64,000 nt of DNA from an uncultured Pseudomonadales bacterium (GCA_964625685.1 CAZVBO010000003.1:298-64297), one strand, 5' to 3'. Shown: positions 27,799 through 38,037, counted from the stretch's first letter. Made by a program: numbers and translations. The notes: generated from the sequence alone by a model not told the origin.

Positions 27799-30180
27799 TT
27801 ACGTCCTCAACTTTTCTTTCACTGGTGAGAAATACCTGTAAAAAATTGAGGTCTTTTGGATGACTTTATCTGCCTTGAGCCAATTCGACCAAGTCCCTAC
27901 CGCACAACCATTGACTGGAGCCACTTTGAAAAAATATTGAGCTTTGGGGTCAAGATCATGAATAGTCACGCTCTGAACTCCATTGTTTGTTTCACTAGTA
28001 ACCTCAGCAGACAATAGTCCGAATCTCTCATCCCCTTCCTTAAAACCAAAGACAACGTGATAGTTTTTGACGTAATCATTCACCGGAGTGAAATACAGCG
28101 TGGCTTGATTGCCACTGCGATTGATTTGAAATAAATCTGGTAAGCCTACTGGGGTAGTACTGTCACAAGTTGGGGGCCGAGCTGGTGACAGTCCCGGGGC
28201 CGAGACGTGATTTTCTGCAATTTGGACCGGTGAAGAAGGTGGTGTGTATTGAGTAATGCTAAAAGTATGAGTGGAGTAGCCGCCAGTATAGGTGAAGGTA
28301 ATCTCACCACTGCTATCAGCGGTACAGATGCCAGCAGTACAATCACTACTGGTAATATCTGCTCCCTGAACATCATCAACTTTGAGAACATATTGGCTAT
28401 TGGCTTGGAGATCACCCACCGTATGAACGGTAGCATCTGAGCCAATGGTATCGGAAGATTCGGTCCAGGTTTTGGCATAATCACCTGAAGTATTCCATTC
28501 ACTGATTGTTAGATTCATCCATTCAGAATAATCCCCGGTCCCAAAACCACCATCAGGAGTAATGGCAAGATTAGCCGTCGTCCCAGAAGGGGTTTGCGTA
28601 TTTCTAAACTTCCCATCAGCATAAATTCTCACATCACCATCAATGTCAATTTCATTAGTGGTAACTTCACTGGTGGGTTGATACTCGTATGCACCAATGT
28701 CTGGAGTTCCATAGATTGGATTACCAAGATAATCCGTCAATAAACCAACGTCAGTTCCCGCATCAATGGCTGGCGAAAGAGCTTGTAGAGATAGGTCAGA
28801 GTTACCGGGATCCGTGAATAAAGGATTAGCTGAAACAGAGTTTTCATCTTTTCCACTTACCAGGCTGTCACTCTGCAATGCTTGCTTCCATTCATTAAAA
28901 TCGTCATAATCCGTTCCACCAACTTTACCTAATTGTGCTCCATTTGTGGGATAATAAAGGTTATTATTTATTTCAACAGAAGTGTAATCGCCAGCCAAAG
29001 CGACACACTGAATATTACTACCTGCCACATCACAGGTGATCGTATTATTTTTTATAATCACTTTTTTACCCGTTAACTGAATATTAATTCCATGTCCTGC
29101 TGTTCCGGTTGGGTGGTGAAGAACAATGTTGTTATATATTCCCGAAGGATTTACTGTTGAAGCACCTCTAAAGTCAATACCATTGACGTGCGAATTCTTT
29201 ACAATGTTGTAATAATAATTATTCCCTCCATTTCCTGAGGCCACTTCATCAAGAACAGGGCTTTCTAGAAAGAAGTTTTTATAAATGTCGTTATTTTCGC
29301 TTGAAAACGAAAGGTATACACCATGTCCTGCAGCACTTGGATAGTCCAGACCATTCCAACAGTAGGAAACATTATTCTCGTAGATAGATGAAGAATCTGT
29401 GTCCTTGATTTGTATACATTCTAAGTATGAATTAGAGCTAGACGTTCCAATCGTGTTACCGCTCACGACTATAAACTCTGAATTTTGTAAATAGATTCCT
29501 TTCAAAGAAGTACTCGTTTTAGTGACATTTGTGTTTGTAAGTGTGTTGTCAGAAATAGTAATAGTGTTTGTAGTGTTTAGGTCGATGCCAACTCCTGTAC
29601 TACTTCCTGTAACAATTTCGTTGCCATCTATTATGATAGTGTCCGATGATGACACATAGATAGCTCTTGCTGTTGTATTACTAATATCATTTCTTTGAAT
29701 AGTGATGTTATTTGATGAACCAAGGACAAATATTGTTGCTACAGTACTATCACTTCTTAAATCCAGATCTTGAAAAGTAAGATAATTTTTCCCGCTAGCA
29801 ATTATTGGATATGTAGATCCACCACTGAGTATTGGTCTATCTCCATCACCATATGCCCCAGTAATAATATTTGAGGACGTTCCCCCTTCATCTACTGATA
29901 TGGAAACTGATAAAAATGCTTCACCTCGTTTAAATAGAACCTGATCTCCATCAAGAAGGATTGTTCCGGCCGCAGTATTTGTTGCGCTTGCATCCCAGGG
30001 GTGGTGAGCCCAAGGTGTATCTACAGAAAGTCCGTTATTAGAGTCAGATCCTGTAGAACTAACATAGTACGTCGCGGCACTAACAGCTTTGGCAGATACC
30101 ATCATCAAAGAAGAAAAGACAACTAATGTTAAACAAAGTCTTGCTGTTAAATGAATCAATTTAGTGGAAATTTTAGGCAT
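27799..30180 (-). CDS. secreted parallel beta-helix protein with C-terminal FN3-like domain
   Basis: Signal peptide, TYYVSSTGSDSNNG, N.I..N.I repeats, NPLF..D.SL...SPAIDAG..PDIGAYEY, C-terminal DL.P...YFFKV..VNGC. Confidence 0.8.
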   Translation of the reverse strand: MPKISTKLIHLTARLCLTLVVFSSLMMVSAKAVSAATYYVSSTGSDSNNGLSVDTPWAHHPWDASATNTAAGTILLDGDQVLFKRGEAFLSVSISVDEGGTSSNIITGAYGDGDRPILSGGSTYPIIASGKNYLTFQDLDLRSDSTVATIFVLGSSNNITIQRNDISNTTARAIYVSSSDTIIIDGNEIVTGSSTGVGIDLNTTNTITISDNTLTNTNVTKTSTSLKGIYLQNSEFIVVSGNTIGTSSSNSYLECIQIKDTDSSSIYENNVSYCWNGLDYPSAAGHGVYLSFSSENNDIYKNFFLESPVLDEVASGNGGNNYYYNIVKNSHVNGIDFRGASTVNPSGIYNNIVLHHPTGTAGHGINIQLTGKKVIIKNNTITCDVAGSNIQCVALAGDYTSVEINNNLYYPTNGAQLGKVGGTDYDDFNEWKQALQSDSLVSGKDENSVSANPLFTDPGNSDLSLQALSPAIDAGTDVGLLTDYLGNPIYGTPDIGAYEYQPTSEVTTNEIDIDGDVRIYADGKFRNTQTPSGTTANLAITPDGGFGTGDYSEWMNLTISEWNTSGDYAKTWTESSDTIGSDATVHTVGDLQANSQYVLKVDDVQGADITSSDCTAGICTADSSGEITFTYTGGYSTHTFSITQYTPPSSPVQIAENHVSAPGLSPARPPTCDSTTPVGLPDLFQINRSGNQATLYFTPVNDYVKNYHVVFGFKEGDERFGLLSAEVTSETNNGVQSVTIHDLDPKAQYFFKVAPVNGCAVGTWSNWLKADKVIQKTSIFYRYFSPVKEKLRT

Positions 30181-30289
30181 GCTAAAACCAGATAGTTGCA
30201 TCAAATTAAGCATATAATACTTGTGTCCCATAGGCAATTAGTGTCTTTCAGGCTAATACCCTTTACTCTAATCCATTTTACACATAACT

Positions 30290-30303
30290 TTCTATATATA
30301 GAA
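30290..30303. promoter_or_regulatory. candidate operator palindrome TTCTATATATAGAA
   Basis: Perfect 14-bp palindrome between the divergent beta-helix and XRE genes. Confidence 0.35.
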
Positions 30304-30338
30304 TGGTCAAATATGGAAACTCCTCAAATAATTGAGGC

Positions 30339-30575
30339 ATGGCAAGTATCTATGACCATGGTGAATACTTAAGTGAAAGAAAACGCCTTGGTAAAACCAT
30401 CAAGACTATCAGACAAAGCAAGAAAATGACTCAAGAGGACTTGGCAGAGTATGCAGATATTAATGTGTCCTACCTTGCCAAAATTGAGAATGGGTATGTC
30501 AATACCTCAGTCAGGTACCTCATTAAAATTGCCAAAGGCTTAAAAACCAAAGTCAAAGAGTTGTTTGAGTTTTAG
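30339..30575 (+). CDS. XRE-family HTH regulator
   Basis: IRQSKKMTQEDLAE..INVSYLAKIENG. Confidence 0.9.
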   Translation: MASIYDHGEYLSERKRLGKTIKTIRQSKKMTQEDLAEYADINVSYLAKIENGYVNTSVRYLIKIAKGLKTKVKELFEF

Positions 30576-30588
30576 AAAAAAATCTCAC

Positions 30589-31443
30589 TTAAAGTTCACC
30601 ACCAGCTCTGTTTCTCGTTTGTTGGGGGACGGACAGATAGTTTTTTCTGGTTGATACTTTCTTACCAGATTCTTCTTCCAATTTTCTTCTGGCATCTCCG
30701 GCAATCTTACCACCTTTTTGAGCAGCAGTTTTGTTCTTCTCAAATCCCTGAGCATCTTTGCTTCTGGCGATTTCCGTTGTTGATGCCTCACCAAGCATTG
30801 AAAAAATTAACTCTAAATCATCCATATGATCTCTCAAATTTTCTCTTTTGAGATTTTTGAACTTTTTATACTCTGATGGGGTCATCCCAAAAGTGGCTTT
30901 GGAAATTTCAGCCGTAAGAATTGCGTATTCATGGTCATGACTCACATCACGCTTTTTCCATTCGTCAGTCAGTGTTTCTCTGATTTCAATACCTCTCATT
31001 CGCTTTTCAATCCAACTGTCGGGGTAGCCTTTGGCTTTGTACAGGGCTCTGGTTCTTTTAGTGGCTAGTTCCGGGTCTTCAATTTCTTGCACTCGCTCAT
31101 AGCCAACTTTAGCTAACCAACGTTTGAAGGGTTCTGCTTTAGGAGAAGGGATAGATTGAACAAGACGAAAGACACCTTCGGTATTCCAGCAGTAAGCCTT
31201 TTGTTTGCCACCCGCTGTCTCAACGGCAAGCATAAGGGGTGGTACAAATTGTACCCCTCCTTCTTCAGTTAATTTTTTTAATTCAGCATCACGTAATTTT
31301 AGACGCTTAAAATACTGGGCTGGATCATGAGAATCAGTTAAAGCTTCAATAACATCGTTAACAGAAAACCACCATTCATTCCTATAAATAGTTTTTCTGA
31401 TTTTTCTGCCTTTAAAAATGGAGATTTTGCCGGATTTTGGCAT
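30589..31443 (-). CDS. BRO-N domain (antirepressor-like) protein
   Basis: IRK...EWWFSV.DVI, QSIPSPKAEPFKRWLA, NLRDHM.DLEL. Confidence 0.85.
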   Translation of the reverse strand: MPKSGKISIFKGRKIRKTIYRNEWWFSVNDVIEALTDSHDPAQYFKRLKLRDAELKKLTEEGGVQFVPPLMLAVETAGGKQKAYCWNTEGVFRLVQSIPSPKAEPFKRWLAKVGYERVQEIEDPELATKRTRALYKAKGYPDSWIEKRMRGIEIRETLTDEWKKRDVSHDHEYAILTAEISKATFGMTPSEYKKFKNLKRENLRDHMDDLELIFSMLGEASTTEIARSKDAQGFEKNKTAAQKGGKIAGDARRKLEEESGKKVSTRKNYLSVPQQTRNRAGGEL

Positions 31444-31607
31444 ACATTTAGTATATCTTATACATACGTACTAATAAACACTCTAGTCATGTATAACTAC
31501 TATTGGAGTTAGAGTGGCTTTATATATTCAACCACTGGAATTAGAGTAGCAGACTTTAGTGACAATAAAGTGACCTTCTTTAGTGACTTCTGTGCTAAGA
31601 TAATCCT

Positions 31608-32615
31608 ATGTCAGAACCAACCAAAATTGGGATTATTGGACTGGGCAGTTTAGGGACTGCTTTGGCCCAAATTTTAGCCAAAGATGGACATCAAGTCATC
31701 GGTTGGGCTCACAGCCAAAAGGTGACTGACGATATTAACCAAAACCACCGCAATAGTAAATACTTTCCCCACACCAAATTAGAAAAAAATATCACCGCTA
31801 CCTCTGATCTTTCAAAACTGGCAACTCATTTTTCATTTACACCAAACACTGACACGACTCACCATGTATTGTTACTCTGCATTCCGTCCAATCACCTCAA
31901 TGGCACGTTATCGGAACTAGCCAAGCTGACCATGTCTCAGCAAACCATCATTATCAACACCGCCAAAGGCCTCCACACCGACTCGGCTGTCCCCGTCTTT
32001 GAAGCCATTAAAACCCAGTTTCCCCACTACTCGGTAGCACAAATTTCTGGGCCGATGATTGCCAGTGAACTCATTACTGGTAATGTCACCGCTGGCATTA
32101 TCGCTTGTGAAGATAAACATACCGAATTTTTAAAAACCTTGTTTGCGCACACCAACTTGCACTTGAACTTCTCAGCCGATGTGACTGGGGTAGTTTGGTG
32201 TGGCATTCTGAAAAATATCTACGCGATAGGGGTGGGAATGCTGGATAGCTTAACGGATAACAATACCAACGCCAAAGGCATTTACTTGACAAAAGCCCTC
32301 GAAGAAATGAGCACCTTTGTCAAACTGAAACAAGGCAAAACTAAGACTGTTTATGGAGTCGCTGGGGTGGGAGATCTGATTACTACGTCACTGAGTCACA
32401 GTAGCCATAATCGAACCTTTGGTTGTCGAATTGCCGATGAACCAGAAACGGCTGATTCCGGCTATCAACCAGAGGGTTGTCACACCCTTCAAGTCTTTTT
32501 TGATCACTCTGATCAAGAGATGATCGAACATTTGCCACTCGCCTATTTAACATATCAATACACTCAATTAACCCTTTCTCTGGAAGAATGGTATGAGCGG
32601 AGCATGAAGGTTTAA
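31608..32615 (+). CDS. gpsA: NAD(P)H-dependent glycerol-3-phosphate dehydrogenase
   Basis: GLGSLGTALA, AKG, ISGP, LKNIYAI, GVGDLITT..S.NR. Confidence 0.88.
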   Translation: MSEPTKIGIIGLGSLGTALAQILAKDGHQVIGWAHSQKVTDDINQNHRNSKYFPHTKLEKNITATSDLSKLATHFSFTPNTDTTHHVLLLCIPSNHLNGTLSELAKLTMSQQTIIINTAKGLHTDSAVPVFEAIKTQFPHYSVAQISGPMIASELITGNVTAGIIACEDKHTEFLKTLFAHTNLHLNFSADVTGVVWCGILKNIYAIGVGMLDSLTDNNTNAKGIYLTKALEEMSTFVKLKQGKTKTVYGVAGVGDLITTSLSHSSHNRTFGCRIADEPETADSGYQPEGCHTLQVFFDHSDQEMIEHLPLAYLTYQYTQLTLSLEEWYERSMKV

Positions 32616-34079
32616 ATGGCAGATACAGAGCAACTTCTTCTAGCTTTAGACTTAGGCACTACCGGGGTCAGAACCATTGCTTTTGATCAACAAGGTCAAA
32701 TAATCGCCAAAGCCTACCAACCTTTGCAGTTGTTTACTCCCCAACCCGGCTGGGTGGAACAAGATCCACAAGAAGTCTGGGAACAAACTGTGGAAACCCT
32801 TCAAACAGTAGTCAAAAAAGTTGGTGAGAAAAAAGTGCTGTCGCTCAGCATCACCAATCAACGCGAGAGTTGTTTGCTGTGGAGTCAAAAAAGTGGCAAA
32901 ACTTTATCACCCATTATCAGTTGGCAAGATGGACGCACCGAAAAGATATGTCAAAAACTGACTCCCCACCAGGAAGTCTTCAAGAATCGAACCGGTCTTT
33001 TTCCTCAGCCCTATTCCACAGGTAGTAAACTGAAATGGCTTACTTCACACATTGATTTCTCTTTGGAAACAACCAAATTTGGAACTCTTGATACCTGGTT
33101 ACTTTGGAAGTTAACTGGCGGCGAAGTCTTTGCTACCGAACCGAGTAATGCCAGCCGTACGCTCTTTTACAACATTAAAACTCACCAATATGATCAGTAC
33201 CTGCTTGATTTGTTAGGATTATCTCGATTACCCATGAGTATGTTGCCGGAAGTTCTCCCCAGTAATTCTGGCTTTGGCTTAACCGATCCTTTAACCACTG
33301 GTATGTCCATTCCCATCCACAGTATCTTAGGCGATCAACAAGCCTCCTTATTTAGTCACACCCAATTTAAACCAGGGCAGTTGAAAAGTACCTATGGTAC
33401 TGGCATTTTTGTTTTAGAAAGTACTGGGGAAAAATTGGTGCCATCAACTCATTTAATTAGTACGATTGCGGGACAAATCAATGACCAATATTACTACGCA
33501 GTGGAAGGCAGTATTTTGATGGGTGGCTCGCTGGTGCAGTGGTTACGAGATAAATTACAACTGATTGACAGTTTAGCAGAAAGTACTCGCTTAGCTCGTA
33601 CCCTCAAAGGGAATGATGGAGTCTATTGTGTCCCTGCCTTTGCAGGCTTGGGAGCTCCCTATTGGGATAGCCACGCCCAAGGTTTATTCACCGGCTTGAG
33701 TCATCATACTACTAAAGCCCACCTAGTTAGAGCGGCACTAGAGGCACTCGTCTATCAAACAGTCGATGTTCTCAATCAACTTAAAAAAGGTAAAAACACA
33801 CATGGGGCAATACAATGTGATGGAGGCGCTACCGTCAATCCATTTTTAATGCAATTTTTAGCCGATATGACTGGTCTGAAAATTCAAGTTACTCGCCAAA
33901 CAGAAGGCACTGCCTGGGGGGTTGTTGGTTTGGCTGGGATTACCCAACAAGTCTGGACTGCCAAACAATATCAAGCCCTCAATAAAATTGACAAAGTGTA
34001 TACTCCCCATCTTGATGAAGAAATTCGTCACACCAATTATCAAGGGTGGCAACAAGCCGTGACAAAAAGTCGAGTTTAA
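32616..34079 (+). CDS. glpK: glycerol kinase
   Basis: DLGTTG, PGWVEQDP, ITNQRE, WQDGRT, SNASRT, GDQQA, KSTYGTG, GLGAPYWD, DGG. Confidence 0.9.
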   Translation: MADTEQLLLALDLGTTGVRTIAFDQQGQIIAKAYQPLQLFTPQPGWVEQDPQEVWEQTVETLQTVVKKVGEKKVLSLSITNQRESCLLWSQKSGKTLSPIISWQDGRTEKICQKLTPHQEVFKNRTGLFPQPYSTGSKLKWLTSHIDFSLETTKFGTLDTWLLWKLTGGEVFATEPSNASRTLFYNIKTHQYDQYLLDLLGLSRLPMSMLPEVLPSNSGFGLTDPLTTGMSIPIHSILGDQQASLFSHTQFKPGQLKSTYGTGIFVLESTGEKLVPSTHLISTIAGQINDQYYYAVEGSILMGGSLVQWLRDKLQLIDSLAESTRLARTLKGNDGVYCVPAFAGLGAPYWDSHAQGLFTGLSHHTTKAHLVRAALEALVYQTVDVLNQLKKGKNTHGAIQCDGGATVNPFLMQFLADMTGLKIQVTRQTEGTAWGVVGLAGITQQVWTAKQYQALNKIDKVYTPHLDEEIRHTNYQGWQQAVTKSRV

Positions 34080-34082
34080 TAA

Positions 34083-35909
34083 TTACCGACTGCGAGGATT
34101 TTTTTGGCGGCGACGCTCAATGTCAGTTAAAAACTTTTTGCGTAGTCTGAGTGATAACGGGGTGATTTCCAGTAATTCATCTTCTTCCAAAAAATCGAGT
34201 GACTGTTCCAAACTCATTTTCAAAGCCGGCGTTAAGTGAATAATCCCATCGGAAGAATGCGTTCGCATATTGGTTAATTGTTTGCCTTTGCACACATTGA
34301 CTTCAATATCTTCGGATTTAGCATTCAGACCCACAATCATGCCTTCATAGACATGAGTTCCTGGCTCCACAAAAGTAATACCTCGTTCTTGAGCGGCTTT
34401 CAGACCATAAGACAGCACTTCGCCACCTTGAGAAGCAATCAAGACTCCTTTTCGCATTTGTGGAATCTCGCGGCCGACTGGTTCGTAACCATACAATTGG
34501 CTGTTAAAAACAACAGTGCCTTTAGTCAAGGTTAATAATAAACTTCTCAACCCAATAATACCTCGAGTGGTAATATGATAGATAAACTCAACCTCAGATT
34601 CTGAAATCTGAGCTTGAGATTGAAGTTGACCATAGCGTTTGCCCAATTCCTGATTGATTACTCCCATGTATTCTTGGGGGACAATGATGCTGACTTCTTC
34701 GACGGGTTCCTGTTTTTGACCATCAATCTCTTTGGTGATCACTTCCGGTTTACCAACCTCCATTTCAAAACCCTCACGACGCATCGTTTCTAGTAAAATT
34801 GACAAATGAAGTTCTCCTCGACCGGAAACCTTAAATTTACCACTTTCTAATTTTTCTACTCTCAAACTTAAGTTACTTTCCAATTCTTTGATCAGCCGTT
34901 CTTCAATTTGCCGACTGGTGGTAAAGTCACCCTCTTTCCCTGACATGGGTGAAGTATTGGCTCCCATAATAATATGGAGTGTTGGTTCCCCCACTTCAAT
35001 TAATGAAAGTGGAGTCGTATCAGCACTATCACACAGTGTTTGCCCAATTTGAATGTCTTGAATACCGGTAAAAGCCACAATGTCACCACACATGGCTTGA
35101 TCTACTTTCATTCGACCTAAGCCATCAGATAACATTAAATTTTCGACTCGATATTTTCTGGTAGGATCTTCCGCTAAAACTACTTGGTCCCCTTGATGAA
35201 GTTGACCTTGATAAATTTTACCAATCACAATTCTGCCTAAATGTGGATTGTAATCTAAAGTGGAGACAACCATTTTATAAGGCAGATCGCTTCGATCTTC
35301 AGGAGCAGGAATTTCCCGGATAATAGTTTCCAACAATGGTTTTACATCCGCATCTTGATTATAGTCAGTCGGAAGTTCCACAAAGACTTTTCCTTGACGA
35401 GCAATGGCGTACAAAATCGGAAAATCTAATTGAGCTTCATCAGTTGCCAACTCTAAAAATAAATCAGTTAATTTATTAATCACAAAATCAACCCGAGCAA
35501 ACTGTTTATCAATTTTATTGATCACTACAATAATTTTGAGATTTAACTCCAGCGCTTTTTTTAAGACAAACCGAGTTTGAGGCATCGGTCCTTCTTGGGC
35601 ATCGACAATTAACAAGGCTCCATCGGCCATGGATAAAGTTCGTTCGACTTCGCCAGAAAAATCAGCGTGACCAGGAGTATCAATAATATTGATCTTGGTG
35701 TCACCATAATGGATGGCACAATTTTTAGCCAAAATGGTAATCCCACGCTCTCGTTCAATGTCATTACTATCCAGGATTCGTTCCTGACTCATTTCTTCCT
35801 GATTGGAGCGGAAGACGTGAGTTTGCTTCAATAAGGCATCAATTAAAGTGGTTTTACCGTGATCAACATGGGCAATTACCGCCACATTGCGGATATCTTG
35901 AGTTTTCAT
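34083..35909 (-). CDS. typA: translational GTPase TypA/BipA
   Basis: AHVDHGKTT, ERGITILAK, DTPGHADF, GRGELHL, KQLTNMR. Confidence 0.97.
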   Translation of the reverse strand: MKTQDIRNVAVIAHVDHGKTTLIDALLKQTHVFRSNQEEMSQERILDSNDIERERGITILAKNCAIHYGDTKINIIDTPGHADFSGEVERTLSMADGALLIVDAQEGPMPQTRFVLKKALELNLKIIVVINKIDKQFARVDFVINKLTDLFLELATDEAQLDFPILYAIARQGKVFVELPTDYNQDADVKPLLETIIREIPAPEDRSDLPYKMVVSTLDYNPHLGRIVIGKIYQGQLHQGDQVVLAEDPTRKYRVENLMLSDGLGRMKVDQAMCGDIVAFTGIQDIQIGQTLCDSADTTPLSLIEVGEPTLHIIMGANTSPMSGKEGDFTTSRQIEERLIKELESNLSLRVEKLESGKFKVSGRGELHLSILLETMRREGFEMEVGKPEVITKEIDGQKQEPVEEVSIIVPQEYMGVINQELGKRYGQLQSQAQISESEVEFIYHITTRGIIGLRSLLLTLTKGTVVFNSQLYGYEPVGREIPQMRKGVLIASQGGEVLSYGLKAAQERGITFVEPGTHVYEGMIVGLNAKSEDIEVNVCKGKQLTNMRTHSSDGIIHLTPALKMSLEQSLDFLEEDELLEITPLSLRLRKKFLTDIERRRQKNPRSR

Positions 35910-35994
35910 ATACGACTATCCTTTAGGAAAGTTAAAAACAACCTATAATTATAGCACTCTTCCCTGAGAAGATCAATTCTAAGAAAGGTCAAAG

Positions 35995-36159
35995 CTAGTA
36001 ACTACAATCACGCACCACAGCCCAAGAAATTACCGTTCCACTCTGGGAACGATTAACAACGCATTCCATTGTTCCTACAAACCACCCACAACCTACTACA
36101 ATTAATCCTAGCCAACCAAACAGTAACCACATCCAAGTGGGAATCTTTTTTTTCTTCAT
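35995..36159 (-). CDS. unannotated 54-aa single-TM small protein
   Basis: Hand translation MKKKKIPTWMWLLFGWLGLIVVGCGWFVGTMECVVNRSQSGTVISWAVVRDCSY; starts 12 nt after the ZIP stop. Confidence 0.55.
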   Translation of the reverse strand: MKKKKIPTWMWLLFGWLGLIVVGCGWFVGTMECVVNRSQSGTVISWAVVRDCSY

Positions 36160-36171
36160 CAGTAAAGTTTA

Positions 36172-36900
36172 TCAGTCTTTCACCAATAACATCAATCCGA
36201 TTCCGGCCAAAAAGCAAATAAAGGCAGTAATCATCTTGGAAAAGGTAGTATGCTTTCGAATTTCTGGAATCAGATCTGAAGATGCAATATACAAAAAGCC
36301 ACCAGCTGCGAGAGGCAATAAGTAAGCGGCTAACGACTCCGACTGTTCACTTAAGATGTAACCAATGATAGCCCCAGCCATCCCCAACAAAGCACTGATA
36401 AAGTTAAAAAAGAGGGCTTTCTTTCGAGAAAAACCTGCATGAAGTAAGACTCCAAAATCACCTATTTCTTGAGGAATTTCGTGAGAGGCAATGGCGATAG
36501 TCGTCGCCCAACCTAAAGGAACACTGGTGATAAAGGCTCCGGCAATGACTAAACCATCAATAAAGTTATGGACTCCATCTCCAATTAAGTTCATATACCC
36601 AAAAGAGTGAACAGAACAATCTTCATCATGACAGTGACGCCAATGAAGCACTTTTTCAATCAACAGAAAGAAGACAAATGACCACAGAGTAGTTTGAAGC
36701 ACCGTTTCAGCTGATAGTTCTTCCATCGCCTCTGGCAGTAAGTGGTAAAAAACGCCCCCCATTAAAGTGCCCGCTGCAACTGCAATCAGAAACACTAAAA
36801 TTTTATCGGTCTGTTCCTTTTTCAAGGATAGAGTAAAAACCCCAATCAAAGAAACCAAACTAATAAGAAGTGAAGCGGTTAAAATGTAAAATAAGGTCAT
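36172..36900 (-). CDS. ZIP family metal transporter
   Basis: HLLPEA, HWRHCH, GDGVHNFIDG, HEIPQEIGDF; start reassigned to ATG 36900. Confidence 0.93.
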   Translation of the reverse strand: MTLFYILTASLLISLVSLIGVFTLSLKKEQTDKILVFLIAVAAGTLMGGVFYHLLPEAMEELSAETVLQTTLWSFVFFLLIEKVLHWRHCHDEDCSVHSFGYMNLIGDGVHNFIDGLVIAGAFITSVPLGWATTIAIASHEIPQEIGDFGVLLHAGFSRKKALFFNFISALLGMAGAIIGYILSEQSESLAAYLLPLAAGGFLYIASSDLIPEIRKHTTFSKMITAFICFLAGIGLMLLVKD

Positions 36901-36928
36901 GAGGGGAATTGTAACAGCAATTGAATGA

Positions 36929-36949
36929 TTATGCAACCAGGTTGCATAA
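36929..36949. promoter_or_regulatory. Fur-family (Zur-like) operator
   Basis: Perfect 10-1-10 palindrome TTATGCAACC-A-GGTTGCATAA between the divergent ZIP and Fur genes, beside TGGTATAAT. Confidence 0.75.
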
Positions 36950-36974
36950 GTGGTATAATTATGAATAAGACCAT

Positions 36975-37340
36975 ATGTCAAAACATTCTATCGATCTTAC
37001 TACTCTCATTACCCAACTATTGACTAAACAGCATCTTTTAACGGCTAATCAGCTCATTCAATCACTTCAGACCGAAGGCGAAACTTACAACAAAACCAGT
37101 GTCTATCGTGCTCTGGATAAAATGCTGGCTGAAGGTAAAGTTTGTAAACATACTTTTCGTGATAATGAAGCTGTTTACGAGTTACGATCACACCATCATG
37201 ATCACCTCATCTGTCAAAACTGTGGCAAAATAGAGACTGTTCACTGTCAAATTGACTCTCCTCCTGATCTCCATGGCTTCATCATTGATCACCATCATTT
37301 GACTTTCTTTGGGACTTGCGGAGAGTGTCAAGCCAAATAA
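36975..37340 (+). CDS. Fur-family regulator (likely Zur-like)
   Basis: TSVYRAL, HHHDHLICQNCG, C-terminal CGEC. Confidence 0.9.
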   Translation: MSKHSIDLTTLITQLLTKQHLLTANQLIQSLQTEGETYNKTSVYRALDKMLAEGKVCKHTFRDNEAVYELRSHHHDHLICQNCGKIETVHCQIDSPPDLHGFIIDHHHLTFFGTCGECQAK

Positions 37341-37341
37341 A

Positions 37342-37365
37342 ACCCCCTCCACAGGTGAAGGGGGT
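37342..37365. terminator. hairpin terminator between convergent genes
   Basis: ACCCCCT..CAC-ag-GTG..AGGGGGT preceded by an A run. Confidence 0.5.
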
Positions 37366-37388
37366 AGTCTGTCCAGCAGTCAAAAATA

Positions 37389-37913
37389 TTAATTTGAGGT
37401 TTCTGAACTAGAAAACTGTGAACCAAAGCCTGCTCCTCTTGGTTCCCATGACTCTCCATTTCTGCGTCCAAAATCACCACGACCAATCACACTTTGGTCA
37501 ATCCCCTGACTTTCAAACCATGTTTTCATTTCATCATGGAGGCTCTCCATCTGAGATCGCCGTTCATCCATCGACAAATCTTGTAAGTTTGCCATCTGTT
37601 GTTGCATTTCAGCTTCTTTAGCTAAAATAGCTGTTTTTTGATCTTCAGTGATCTTGCCATCACTCACAGCCTGACTCAACTGTTCCTCTCGTCGAGATTG
37701 CATTTCTGCTTGGCGCTGAGTGTGTTCTTCCTGACGATACTCATCAAATACCGTTTGGACTTCATCTTGGTTAAGTCCAAAATGTTCAGCTATTTTTTGG
37801 ATTAATGATGACTGATCAGCGGGACCTTGAGCTTGAACCATCGACCAATTGGCTAAACCTGCTAGTGACATCACTCCCACCGTAGCGGCTGATAAAATTA
37901 CTTTTTTATTCAT
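37389..37913 (-). CDS. secreted helical protein (possibly Spy/CpxP-like)
   Basis: Signal peptide, Gln/Glu-rich helices, AVSDGKITEDQK motif; downstream of the TCS. Confidence 0.6.
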   Translation of the reverse strand: MNKKVILSAATVGVMSLAGLANWSMVQAQGPADQSSLIQKIAEHFGLNQDEVQTVFDEYRQEEHTQRQAEMQSRREEQLSQAVSDGKITEDQKTAILAKEAEMQQQMANLQDLSMDERRSQMESLHDEMKTWFESQGIDQSVIGRGDFGRRNGESWEPRGAGFGSQFSSSETSN

Positions 37914-38019
37914 GGCACTCCTTTTTTTAACTTCAGGCCTTGAGTTCTAATTGTATAGTCGACAATTTACAATTTTAGCTGAAGCCATTTGATGTTAATT
38001 CAAATAATAAAGGACAAAC

Positions 38020-38037
38020 TTGAAAAATTACTGAGAA
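38020..38037 (-). promoter_or_regulatory. OmpR-type direct-repeat box
   Basis: Minus strand TTCTCAG-taat-TTTTCAA, matching the box at 39778-39795. Confidence 0.55.
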
